IMG/VR virus record: IMGVR_UViG_3300033146_001382
Location: 96,001 to 160,000 of that record
DNA: 64,000 bases
Strand: one strand, 5' to 3'
DNA from: a virus
The translations under genes and the position numbers were made by a program. Of this stretch, positions 42,168 through 51,661 are shown piece by piece. The notes under the pieces were generated by a model that saw only the letters and a program-made list of their open reading frames with translations, searched no databases and was not told the origin of the DNA. Numbering within the stretch: the stretch's first letter is position 1; every line of letters begins with the position of its first letter.

Positions 42168-44021
42168 ATGGCAATAATTAGAGTCGGCATAGATAAAGAA
42201 TTTAAAACTATACAAACTGCCTTTCATGCAGCTTCTTCAGGAGACACCTTATTAATTGATGAAGGAGTTTACGAAGAGGCCTTATATTTTGTTAATAAAG
42301 CTGTGAATTTAATTGGTAATACTGATTTTCCTAAGGAAGGTAATGTCGTAATAAAGCCTATAAGTACTTCTGTATATGGGGTAACTACTCGTTATGAGGT
42401 ACCACTTACTATAGAATACGATGAAAGTAGTCCAGATACTTATATGTTTATAGAGGGTCTAAAGTTTGTATCTGATGCCCATAGCTATGAGTCTACAATT
42501 ATTTATTTAAAGCAGGGAAATTCTACAGATTTTGTACCTTTAAGACTAGTCTTTAATAAGTGTATATTAGATGCATCTATGGGCTTAAAAAGTACCGGAA
42601 ACATTATAAAATGGTTAGGGGCTGCTGGTTATCCTATAAAAGAGTTAACTTTATCTAATTGTGAAATAATATGGGCTGGAGATGACACTATTATATCTAG
42701 TGAGTGTAATGCTATTCCTGTTAAGAAACTAATTAAATGCATACTAAGTGATTACCCACCTTTAGATTTTTTTGGTGTAGGGCACACAAGTGTTATTACT
42801 ACTACCTCGTCTGGGGTCATAAATCCTGATAATTTATTTGATAATAATACTAGCACTTATAGTGATTTTCAGCATTCACCTCCTGGTTGGGTGCAACAAC
42901 AATTTGATGTCCCAAAAATTATAAATCAAGTAAGATTTAGGCAATATTATGCTGGATTTGGTGGAGCAGGTTTTATTTTAGAAGCTTCTAATACCGGAGA
43001 ATTTTTAGGGGAACAAGTGGAGTTGTATAGAAATTTAGTAGCTGTACCTGGAACTTGGAGGGTGTACTATTTTGAAAATGATATCGCATATAAATATATA
43101 CGTTTATATAATTCCAGTTTAGCAGCGTCTGTATGGCGTTTATACTCAGTTATTTTTGAGTGGGCTTATGTTCACAATGAGGACTATATTATGCAAGATA
43201 ATGAGAATATTTTTGAATACGGACCTATATACTCAGATTATATTACTACTATCCCCCCTACACACTGCTTTTCTGGTATAGTCTCTACTCAGGATGTGCC
43301 GATGGAGACTAGTTTAAAAATATTTAGACGAGATAATGCACAAGTTATGGATACTATTACTTCTAACGCAACTACCGGAGAGTATTATTTTGAAACTAGT
43401 TTTGCTGGTTATCATAATATTATGTGTAGTGATGCTTCTGGTCCACCTATTTATAATGCTTTATTAAAATCTAGATGTGTCCCTAAACCCTTATCTAATA
43501 TTTACACTCCAGTAGTAAGAACTTCTAAAGAAATTAAAACCATTGTTGTTGATATAGCAGATAACTGGGGGGCAACCAACTATATAGCTATAAGAGCTAT
43601 AGACTTTTTAATTAATGGTATAATAATTAGATGCGGCCCAGTTTATGGGTCTGCTTACTCTACTACATATAGTAGTAATGCTTATAAAGCTGAATTTACA
43701 TTTAATTACGCACTTTCTAAACTTGGGTCAGCTTGGGGTAATTCTTGGTTGTCTATAAATGGTCAGTACACTAATCAACGTCTAATATTTGTTTTTAACC
43801 AGATACACACTGTTGATCAATTAAGAATAACTAATGGGCATCATTCAGTAGGTAATACTATTTATAGTGGTGCAAAAAATATAAATATTTATATTTCTTC
43901 TGATGCTTATACAGATACTATTTATGGTAATCCAATACCTGGCAGTGAACTTGTTTTTAGTGGTATTTTACCTATACATGTAGATGCTAATAGACATTTT
44001 TATTACGATATTTTTTTCTAA
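42168..44021 (+). CDS. Putative receptor-binding protein (paralog of 40201) with two F5/8-like modules
   Basis: 617 aa. FKTIQTAF..ASSGDTLLIDEGVYEE, NLFDNN.STY...WVQQQFD.P, and a C-terminal NQRLIFVF module. Confidence 0.7.
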   Translation: MAIIRVGIDKEFKTIQTAFHAASSGDTLLIDEGVYEEALYFVNKAVNLIGNTDFPKEGNVVIKPISTSVYGVTTRYEVPLTIEYDESSPDTYMFIEGLKFVSDAHSYESTIIYLKQGNSTDFVPLRLVFNKCILDASMGLKSTGNIIKWLGAAGYPIKELTLSNCEIIWAGDDTIISSECNAIPVKKLIKCILSDYPPLDFFGVGHTSVITTTSSGVINPDNLFDNNTSTYSDFQHSPPGWVQQQFDVPKIINQVRFRQYYAGFGGAGFILEASNTGEFLGEQVELYRNLVAVPGTWRVYYFENDIAYKYIRLYNSSLAASVWRLYSVIFEWAYVHNEDYIMQDNENIFEYGPIYSDYITTIPPTHCFSGIVSTQDVPMETSLKIFRRDNAQVMDTITSNATTGEYYFETSFAGYHNIMCSDASGPPIYNALLKSRCVPKPLSNIYTPVVRTSKEIKTIVVDIADNWGATNYIAIRAIDFLINGIIIRCGPVYGSAYSTTYSSNAYKAEFTFNYALSKLGSAWGNSWLSINGQYTNQRLIFVFNQIHTVDQLRITNGHHSVGNTIYSGAKNINIYISSDAYTDTIYGNPIPGSELVFSGILPIHVDANRHFYYDIFF

Positions 44022-44099
44022 TAGGTTTACAATGTATATTTAATACTTATATTTTGATTAAGAACTATTTTATATCTTTAATTAATTTAATATAGTATC

Positions 44100-44128
44100 T
44101 TGACAATATCTATTTTAAGTATTATATT
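44100..44128 (+). promoter_or_regulatory. Sigma70-like promoter of the replication operon
   Basis: TTGACA (44100-44105), 17-nt spacer, TATATT (44123-44128). Two further TATAAT hexamers follow at 44128 and 44134. Confidence 0.75.
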
Positions 44129-44222
44129 ATAATTATAATGGAGATAGCTCTATTAACTAAGATTAAACTGACCTTAGTATAAATAGAATAAAGTAAACTA
44201 ATATTAAATAATAGAGGTATTA

Positions 44223-45347
44223 ATGGAATTTTATATTAAGACTGAAGATGCTCAAAGGGTTTTTAAATTTTTAAGTGTTACAGCAAAGATAAATACTACA
44301 GATTTTGGAGGTCAAATTGTCATTAATACGCTACCTGATAGTGTTATATTTTTATCTAATAATGGCAGCTCAGGAATTTCGTGTGAAATACCAGCTAACG
44401 TAGTAACCCAAGGCAAATCTACAATAATTTATAGTAAGATAAAATCATTTATTATGACGTTTATGCCTTGGGACGGAGAGTCAGGTATGAAGGAGTTTTG
44501 TTTTTGTACGGATAAAGACAAACTGAATATATCTGCTATAACTACCCACCTGAATGAACTTAAAACTAATAGTAATTTAAAATTACCACAAGTTAGAGAA
44601 TCAGCCTTTTTTTCCAAGGTAGTTTTAGATAAGCCATCTATTACACTTAATTCTAGTATTTTAAAATCAGCAATAGAAAAGGGACTGTATGCAATAAATT
44701 CTGGTAGTAAGATTGACTACATTCAGGGTCTACGTATGTATTTAAAGGATAATACAATTAGATTTACGTCTACTAATGGACACGTTGTTTCTGATTATGC
44801 TGTTGTGAGTGATGTTGAATTGGAAGATGGAGAATATTTTCTATCTCATGAGTTTTTAGCTGGCCTTAGGCGTGTACTTGTAGATGACACCCAACTTTTT
44901 TTAGAATTTAGTAAAACTAAAACTATTGTAGCAACTGAAAATATTGTTTATTGGGCAGCAGCTTTGCATTATGATGTATACCCTTCGTATATGTCACTTT
45001 TTACTGGATTTAAAGGTGAGATTGAGGTGGATCGGGAAATTCTATTAAATGGACTAGCTTCATTTATAGATGTATTAGATGCAGAGGATAATAACAGAGT
45101 GACTATTGAAGTAGCCGATAATAAATTAGCTCTAAAAACTGATAATTCTCTATTTGAATACCCAGCACCTACTGAGTCTGTAAAGTTTAGTTTAGACCTT
45201 GATGGTTCTGAGATGAGAGACACTTTACAAGCACTAGGTGACGATACTTTAAAGCTAATTTCATTAGGTGCAGATAGAGGTATGGTGTTTGAATCGGTGG
45301 GATATGAAGATCATAAATCATTAGTTGTTAGTTTAAAACCTAGATAA
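44223..45347 (+). CDS. dnaN: DNA polymerase III beta-type sliding clamp
   Basis: 374 aa three-domain length. L..AIEKGLYAI...YIQGL...IRFTSTNGH and YPSY..L...EIEVDREILL match DnaN patterns. Confidence 0.8.
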   Translation: MEFYIKTEDAQRVFKFLSVTAKINTTDFGGQIVINTLPDSVIFLSNNGSSGISCEIPANVVTQGKSTIIYSKIKSFIMTFMPWDGESGMKEFCFCTDKDKLNISAITTHLNELKTNSNLKLPQVRESAFFSKVVLDKPSITLNSSILKSAIEKGLYAINSGSKIDYIQGLRMYLKDNTIRFTSTNGHVVSDYAVVSDVELEDGEYFLSHEFLAGLRRVLVDDTQLFLEFSKTKTIVATENIVYWAAALHYDVYPSYMSLFTGFKGEIEVDREILLNGLASFIDVLDAEDNNRVTIEVADNKLALKTDNSLFEYPAPTESVKFSLDLDGSEMRDTLQALGDDTLKLISLGADRGMVFESVGYEDHKSLVVSLKPR

Positions 45348-45354
45348 TAATATT

Positions 45355-45954
45355 ATGTATAAACATAAAGTAGTAGAGTTAAGTAAAGCAATTGAAGAAT
45401 TTAATTCAGGTAATTTATTAATTCCAGAGTCATTTTTACTAGATACTATACTAAGTAAATGTAGGGATTTATTAATATGTAATAATTATGCGGTAATTAA
45501 GAAGCCAAGAACAGCATTAAAAGTTAAAAATACAAAAGGATTAGTAGACTTATATTATTTTATTCTTAATGCTACTACCAATTTAATACCTTATAGAAAC
45601 GATAAAATAGATCTAAGTATAGCTAAAGCACTATTAGCTTTTATACAGACCTCTACTGGATTGGATAGACAACTCTCGCTTGTGAAAGCTACTAATATTG
45701 TAGAAGGTTTATTTATATATAAAAAGCAATTAAATTTAGATCCAGAGATTATGACTACATTTAAAGTTTTTGGCCAAGATAAGTTGGGGTGGATTACAAA
45801 TAAGATCATATATTTACTAAATAAGGAGCAATGTGATGAGGCTAAACTAGTAACTCGCGCAGATGCTAATACAGAAATGTATGTTAAAAAGAACAATATA
45901 CAGTTTGGATGGGATGACTTAGAGGAAATAGCTAATAACTTAGGAGATAATTAA
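45355..45954 (+). CDS. Hypothetical protein in the replication operon
   Basis: 199 aa, tightly packed between dnaN and recA. No motif recognised. Confidence 0.65.
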   Translation: MYKHKVVELSKAIEEFNSGNLLIPESFLLDTILSKCRDLLICNNYAVIKKPRTALKVKNTKGLVDLYYFILNATTNLIPYRNDKIDLSIAKALLAFIQTSTGLDRQLSLVKATNIVEGLFIYKKQLNLDPEIMTTFKVFGQDKLGWITNKIIYLLNKEQCDEAKLVTRADANTEMYVKKNNIQFGWDDLEEIANNLGDN

Positions 45955-45955
45955 T

Positions 45956-48100
45956 ATGGCTGCAAAAAAGAAAAAAGAGACTTTGGAAGATAGTAAACTT
46001 AGTGCTGCTTTAGAAAAAAAAGCAACTAATTCTGTATTAACTAAAATTAAGAAGAAATATGGGAATGTTTTATCTCCATTATCTGAAGCTAATAATAGTA
46101 TTAACACTGTAAGTACTGGGTCTTTGAGCTTGGATCTGGCTTTAGGAAGAGGTGGTATGGCATTAGGACGTGTTTACGAGGTATATGGCCCTAATAGTAG
46201 TGGTAAGAGTACCTTAGGGGTACATGTAGTAATACAAGCGCAAAGAAGGGGGCTGAAGTGTGCCTATTTAGATGCTGAGGTAGCAGTAGATCCTAAATTA
46301 TTTGCTAACTATGGTGTTGACTCTAAGAAATTGGATCTAGTGCAAGTATATGGTGGCGAACCTAATTTAGACATCTTACAAAAACTAATTGAAACAGGTG
46401 CATACTCCGTAATAGTAATTGATAGTGTTAGTGCCCTTATTCCGATGTCAGAAGCAGAAGCTGATATAGATAAGGATCATATGGCCCTGCAAGCTAGGCT
46501 TATGAGTAAAGCGCTCAGAAAGATAGCACCTAAGGCTGCTGAAAATAATACTTTACTGATATTTGTTAACCAGCTGAGGATGAAGCTTGGGGGTTATGGA
46601 TGTTTTCATTATGATACGCTTGTTAATTTTGTTGATGGACCCAGTTTGCCTATAGGAAAAGTAGTTAATGATAAAATACAAGGAGAGGTTTGGTGCTTTA
46701 ATGAAAAATTAAATAAAGTAGAGTCTAAACCAATAATTAATTGGTATGATAATGGGGATGTTACGGATAAAGATGCTTTTATTCATATACAAACAGCGTC
46801 TATTAATGGTAGAGGTAGGTTTGGTTTAACTTGTACAACTAATCATAAAATTTTAACTGACAGTGGTTGGAAAGAAGCGGGTAATTTATCTTTTGAGGAT
46901 AAGTTAGTTTCAAAATATGAAGAAACTATTAATGGTACTTATGGTGATTTTTTAAGTGGTATATTAATAGGTGACAGCTATATTTCAGTTAGACATAAAA
47001 ATACAGGTTCTTTGAGGCTACAGGACAATGAAAATAAAGACTATATTAATTGGAAACTTGATAAACTATCTAATTTCATAGATTTTAATGAATTAAAGAT
47101 GAGCAGAGGATATAGATACGACAGTAATTATACTTATGAGTTCGCTAAGATAAAAAGAGATATAGGTACTAGAGATCCCATGTATTTTCTAAATAATTAT
47201 ACTGACTTAGGATTTGCTTTATGGCTTATGGATGATGGCAATTTAGATTTGAATAATGGGCATAGACGTTATGGTGTGTCTATTAAAAGATTTAAAAATA
47301 ATGTAGAAAAATGTAATGAAATTAAAAATAAATTTATTAAACTTGGATTTGTTTGTAATTACACTATAGACTCCGGATTTTTTCAATTTGAAACTTCAAT
47401 TACTGATAAAATAGCTTTGAAGATTTGTAAATATATCCCAAAATGTATGGAGTATAAGCTTCCATTTGAATACAGAGATAGATATAAAGAATTTATACTA
47501 GAAAATAAATCACAAATGAAAACTGACTTAGTAGAAATTAAAGAAATAAGAGAAGCTTCTGATAGGCAGTTAAGAAAAAGAAGAAAATTTGATATATCTG
47601 TTGAAAATAATCATAACTATATGGTTGGTGGTAAATATAACGGTGTTTTTGTACATAATTCACCAGAAACAACTACTGGTGGGGAAGCACTAGGTTTTTG
47701 GACTACTGGAAGGATAAGTATAAGAGGCCCAGAAGCTAGAAAAAGAAGGTTACTAGATGATGCTGGAGAGGTATATGGACATATAGCTGCGCATGAAGTT
47801 CAGAAGAATAAATTGGGTGAACCATTTAAGAAGGCTAATTTAAATCTTATTTATAATAAGGGGTATGATTTTTATAATGAAGTACTAGAAATGGCAGTCA
47901 GTATGGATATCGTTGAGAAAGCTGGGTCTTGGTTTAAGTATAAAGATGAAAATCTAGCTCAAGGTAATGACAAGACACTTGCTATTTTAAAAGAAAATAC
48001 TAAATTATTTAATGAGATTAGAACTATTGTAATAGAAACTGTAGGATTAAAGGAGCAATATGAGCTACATAGCAACCCAGGTCCACTCTACCCTAATTAA
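45956..48100 (+). CDS. recA: RecA recombinase precursor containing an intein
   Basis: STGSLSLDLALG, Walker A GPNSSGKS, VIDSVSAL, QARLMSKALRK, FVNQLRMK, SPETTTGGEAL. 714 aa = 361 aa extein + 353 aa intein. Confidence 0.95.
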   Translation: MAAKKKKETLEDSKLSAALEKKATNSVLTKIKKKYGNVLSPLSEANNSINTVSTGSLSLDLALGRGGMALGRVYEVYGPNSSGKSTLGVHVVIQAQRRGLKCAYLDAEVAVDPKLFANYGVDSKKLDLVQVYGGEPNLDILQKLIETGAYSVIVIDSVSALIPMSEAEADIDKDHMALQARLMSKALRKIAPKAAENNTLLIFVNQLRMKLGGYGCFHYDTLVNFVDGPSLPIGKVVNDKIQGEVWCFNEKLNKVESKPIINWYDNGDVTDKDAFIHIQTASINGRGRFGLTCTTNHKILTDSGWKEAGNLSFEDKLVSKYEETINGTYGDFLSGILIGDSYISVRHKNTGSLRLQDNENKDYINWKLDKLSNFIDFNELKMSRGYRYDSNYTYEFAKIKRDIGTRDPMYFLNNYTDLGFALWLMDDGNLDLNNGHRRYGVSIKRFKNNVEKCNEIKNKFIKLGFVCNYTIDSGFFQFETSITDKIALKICKYIPKCMEYKLPFEYRDRYKEFILENKSQMKTDLVEIKEIREASDRQLRKRRKFDISVENNHNYMVGGKYNGVFVHNSPETTTGGEALGFWTTGRISIRGPEARKRRLLDDAGEVYGHIAAHEVQKNKLGEPFKKANLNLIYNKGYDFYNEVLEMAVSMDIVEKAGSWFKYKDENLAQGNDKTLAILKENTKLFNEIRTIVIETVGLKEQYELHSNPGPLYPN
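46601..47659 (+). mobile_element. Intein with LAGLIDADG homing endonuclease in RecA (RecA-b-type site)
   Basis: G|CFHYDT start, block B TTNHKILT, LAGLIDADG blocks FLSGILIGDS and LWLMDDG, block F FDISVENNHNY, and a VHN|S end. Confidence 0.92.
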
Positions 48101-48422
48101 ATTATTCCCTTCTAATCCATTTAAACAAGTGTTTTGTGAGTACTATGTTAATTATAAGGGGCAGAAATTATTCTTTGATTTTTATATTAAAAAGTTAGAT
48201 GTATTTATTGAAGTTCAAGGCAGACAACATACAGAATTTGTTAAACACTTCCATAAAGATAAAAAAGCTTTTTTACAACAAAAAGAAAGAGATAATTTAA
48301 AAATAATTTGGGCAGAAGAGAACGATTATTGCTTAGTAAGGATAAATTTTGATGAGGAAATAACCGACCAGTTGGTTATGGACAAGATAACAAAAGCAAT
48401 GGAGGGTGGATTTTATGAATAA
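48060..48422 (+). CDS. DUF559/Vsr-like PD-(D/E)XK endonuclease
   Basis: FFDFYI....VFIEVQGRQH...QKERDNLK..WA..N...LVRI pattern. Confidence 0.75.
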   Translation: MSYIATQVHSTLIKLFPSNPFKQVFCEYYVNYKGQKLFFDFYIKKLDVFIEVQGRQHTEFVKHFHKDKKAFLQQKERDNLKIIWAEENDYCLVRINFDEEITDQLVMDKITKAMEGGFYE

Positions 48423-48723
48423 TATAGTTAATAGTACTACACAACAACCCACTTCTGACTCTGTGCACTATAAAAAGGATTGTATGGACTTTATTTGTCT
48501 TAATGATGGGACTATTTATAGGGAGTGTAAGTACTGTGAGCACAGCTTGGTTTGTAGGCAAGTTGATTTATTAAATGGCAAACCTATTTTAATGGAGTCG
48601 CATTATTGTCCAGTAGTTGACCCTATAACTCAAAAAACTACAGAGTGGCAGTATTATTGCACAGGAAAGTATGATCACAGAACCCTTATTGAGCAGCAGG
48701 ATGGTGATGATAAAATATCATAG
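48415..48723 (+). CDS. Small Cys-rich hypothetical protein
   Basis: ATG at 48415 after GGAGGG. Contains CKYC and five more Cys. Confidence 0.6.
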   Translation: MNNIVNSTTQQPTSDSVHYKKDCMDFICLNDGTIYRECKYCEHSLVCRQVDLLNGKPILMESHYCPVVDPITQKTTEWQYYCTGKYDHRTLIEQQDGDDKIS

Positions 48724-48732
48724 GAGTAAATT

Positions 48733-49194
48733 ATGGATAATGGAGTAATGTCGTTTAATAAGATAGAAATAAATAATGGATTTTTAGAACAAATTTGGAA
48801 GTTTAATCCCATAACTTTAGGATCTTTAGATGATCTCACTGTTAGTCAGTACTCCATTTGTTTGGCACAATATTTAATATTTTTTAGGTCAGAGTTGAAT
48901 CAAACTAAAGCTATTATCGCCAAGAAAAAGAAATTATTAGACTCATCTATAGCAATTGCGTTAGATGCTAATATAATTAAAATGTATAAAACTAAAACAG
49001 CAGCTATTGATTTTATTAAAAACTCTAACCCTGAATTATCGGAGCTAGAACAGGAAATAGGTGATTTAACGGCAGAAGTAATACGTATAGATGGTATAGA
49101 TAAAGCTGTTAGTGAATATATAGCTACGTTTAAGCGTGAGTTGACACGTAGAGAGAAAGAGTTATTTGCAGTAAGAGCAGAGAGGAGAAGTTAA
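48733..49194 (+). CDS. Alpha-helical protein, possibly a UvsY-like recombination mediator
   Basis: 153 aa, predicted long helices, near recA. The UvsY resemblance rests on size, composition and context only. Confidence 0.4.
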   Translation: MDNGVMSFNKIEINNGFLEQIWKFNPITLGSLDDLTVSQYSICLAQYLIFFRSELNQTKAIIAKKKKLLDSSIAIALDANIIKMYKTKTAAIDFIKNSNPELSELEQEIGDLTAEVIRIDGIDKAVSEYIATFKRELTRREKELFAVRAERRS

Positions 49195-50624
49195 TGGCAG
49201 TAGATATAGTATCTGAGGTAGCTCAGAAAGATCTTTTTTATCGCCCAGGGGATGAACGTACTGTTTTGTCTTATTGCTTCAAAAGTGTGGATTATTTTTA
49301 TGACCTAACTTCTAAACTAACTGAAAGAGACTTTCTTTCTCCAGAACACCAATTATTATATGCTATATTTAATGGTTTTATGAATGAAGGTGTAGCAGTA
49401 CTTGATTTATCTATGGTTATAAATCAGGCACAGAGTCTTGGAGTTATTGACCTATTAGGTGGTGTGGGTTATCTTCAATCTATTAGTAATATACAAGCAG
49501 ATCCTGCTAATTTTAATGTCTATGTAAATAATGTTCTAGAGGCTAGTACTAAATTTCAAGTACATATGTCTTTAACCCAACATTTAAATACCATAGAAGC
49601 AAATGCTCAGTCAGGACTAAGTGGGATGGATTTGGTAAGTAAAGTAGAGGTTGATATGTTAGATATGTCCTCCGTATCTTTATTAAATGATGATCCTGTT
49701 AAATTTGGTGATGGACTTAAAGAGTATCTAGATGAGCGTAGACATAAAAAAATAACTATGACAGGACTATCTACAGGGTATCCTATTCTAGATCGTCAAA
49801 TAGATGGGCTAATCTCAGGTACTTTAATGGTAATAGCTGCTCGTAAGAAAATGGGGAAAAGTGCTTTTTTAACTAATGTGGCACTATTTAATGCATTTAA
49901 ATCTAATGTAGCTACTCTTTATATTGATACAGAATTAACTTATCTAGAATGGCAAACTAGGGCATTATCAATACTGTCTGGAGTTAAAGAAAGAGATATA
50001 AAACATGGTGGGTATACTGATGAGCAGATTAGAAGGCTAGAGTGGGCAAGAAAGGTTATATCTAAAGGTAAAGTGTTTCATAAATATATGCCGGGCTATA
50101 GTGTGGATAAGGTGGTGTCTCTTTGTAAAAAATACAAACTAAAAGAAGATATAGGGTTAATAGTTTTTGATTATCTTAAAGAACCTGACCTATCTACTAC
50201 TGATGGTAGTCGTAAGGAGCATCAATTATTAGGAGATATTACTACAAAATTAAAAGATTTAGCTGGTATATTAGATCTTCCAGTACTAACTGCTGTACAG
50301 TTAAATAGACAGAATGATATTGCTGATAGTGATAGGATAGCTAGATTTGGTGATATTATTTCTATTTGGGGAGCACGTACAGAAGAAGAAAAAGATCAAT
50401 GTGGCCCAGAAGGAGGGTCGTATAAATTGGTAATTAAAGATACACGTAGAGGTGGTAGTACAGGTAGTGAAGGGATTGGTTATTGGTTTTTTAAGGATAG
50501 GTTAACAATTAGAGAAGTAAGCCCAACTGATCAGTACTTTATTACCCAGGGGGATGAGGTAGCTAATGTAGATGACTTAGATGATGATCTTTATATGAGG
50601 GAGGTTGGAGATGAGTTTGCCTAA
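49194..50624 (+). CDS. dnaB: Replicative DNA helicase
   Basis: GLSTGY..LD..I.GL, Walker A AARKKMGKS, IVFDYL, LK.LA..L.LPVLTAVQLNR. Confidence 0.92.
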   Translation: MAVDIVSEVAQKDLFYRPGDERTVLSYCFKSVDYFYDLTSKLTERDFLSPEHQLLYAIFNGFMNEGVAVLDLSMVINQAQSLGVIDLLGGVGYLQSISNIQADPANFNVYVNNVLEASTKFQVHMSLTQHLNTIEANAQSGLSGMDLVSKVEVDMLDMSSVSLLNDDPVKFGDGLKEYLDERRHKKITMTGLSTGYPILDRQIDGLISGTLMVIAARKKMGKSAFLTNVALFNAFKSNVATLYIDTELTYLEWQTRALSILSGVKERDIKHGGYTDEQIRRLEWARKVISKGKVFHKYMPGYSVDKVVSLCKKYKLKEDIGLIVFDYLKEPDLSTTDGSRKEHQLLGDITTKLKDLAGILDLPVLTAVQLNRQNDIADSDRIARFGDIISIWGARTEEEKDQCGPEGGSYKLVIKDTRRGGSTGSEGIGYWFFKDRLTIREVSPTDQYFITQGDEVANVDDLDDDLYMREVGDEFA

Positions 50625-51660
50625 ACGTAAAGAGGATGATTTTAAACTTCGTATAGACTCTGTTAAACAACTAATTGACCCAGTATATCTTGCAGAATCC
50701 TTAGGATTTAAACTAACTAATGAAACAGTTAAAGAGTTTAGAGCTGCATGTATAGTACATGGGGGAGATAATACTACTGCTTTTAGAGTGAATAAAGATC
50801 TAAAGACTTGGGTGTGCTTCACCCATAAATGTCATGATGAATTTGGTAATGATATGTTTGGTTTAGTGCAAGCTGTTAATAAATGTGGTTTCATGGCAGC
50901 TCTTGAGTATTTAGAAGAGTTAACTGGTAGTAAAACTATTAATAGGCTTCAGTTAGATGCTTTTAAACGTAAACGTGAGCAACAATCCTTTATACGTCAG
51001 AGTACTGGTGGAAATGAGAAGCCTTCAGTAGTAGATGCTACTAGATTAAAATATTACAAACCATTTAGATCTTCATTATTTATAGAGGATGGATTTTCCT
51101 CTGAAACACTAGATTATTTTGAAATAGCAGGGGGTTACGTAGATAATGAAGGAGTAGTGCGTGATATTATACCAATACATGATGATAAAAGCTCATTAGT
51201 GGCGTATAGTCTTAGGGATATTAGGCATAATGCTATTGACCAAGATAGAAAATATAAATTAACTTTTGGTTTTGATAAAAACACAGTACTGTATAATTTA
51301 AATAGAATCAAAGATATTGTGGGTAAGACACCTGTTATCATAGTAGAAGGTTTTAAAAGTGTATGGCGTTTATATGAATTAGGTATTAAAAATGTAGTAG
51401 CCTGTATGGGGTCAGGTATTACCGAAGGTCAGGCTAATTTATTGTGCACTTATGCAAACAAAGGTGTTGTTTTTTTCTTTGACAACGATTATGCTGGAGT
51501 AACAGCTATTGGTAGATCATTTGAGTTATTGAAAGGTAAGATGAATATTAATGCAGAAGTTATAACTGAGGTAGATGATAATGGTGAAGGACTAGATCCT
51601 TCTGATTTAACTACTGAACAAATAAGGTATTATTTAAATAATTATATAAAGGAGAATTAG
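50611..51660 (+). CDS. dnaG: DNA primase (CHC2 Zn finger + TOPRIM)
   Basis: C.VH...T.AF......WVCF..C zinc finger, IIVEG, FFFDND.AG, DP.D. ATG at 50611 preferred. Confidence 0.88.
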   Translation: MSLPKRKEDDFKLRIDSVKQLIDPVYLAESLGFKLTNETVKEFRAACIVHGGDNTTAFRVNKDLKTWVCFTHKCHDEFGNDMFGLVQAVNKCGFMAALEYLEELTGSKTINRLQLDAFKRKREQQSFIRQSTGGNEKPSVVDATRLKYYKPFRSSLFIEDGFSSETLDYFEIAGGYVDNEGVVRDIIPIHDDKSSLVAYSLRDIRHNAIDQDRKYKLTFGFDKNTVLYNLNRIKDIVGKTPVIIVEGFKSVWRLYELGIKNVVACMGSGITEGQANLLCTYANKGVVFFFDNDYAGVTAIGRSFELLKGKMNINAEVITEVDDNGEGLDPSDLTTEQIRYYLNNYIKEN

Positions 51661-51661
51661 T

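Noticed and set aside
44138-44182. 14-codon uORF MEIALLTKIKLTLV upstream of dnaN
   Set aside because: No RBS, it starts at or near the expected transcription start, and it has no informative codon run.
44178-44185. T4-type late promoter TATAAATA (also at 28669)
   Set aside because: Expected by chance in such AT-rich DNA. It is absent from most structural-gene spacers, and the 28669 copy overlaps the start codon.
51341-51370. Primase TOPRIM motif reads EGFKS instead of EGxxD, suggesting inactivity
   Set aside because: The catalytic Glu and the DND motif are intact, and this position varies among phage primases.
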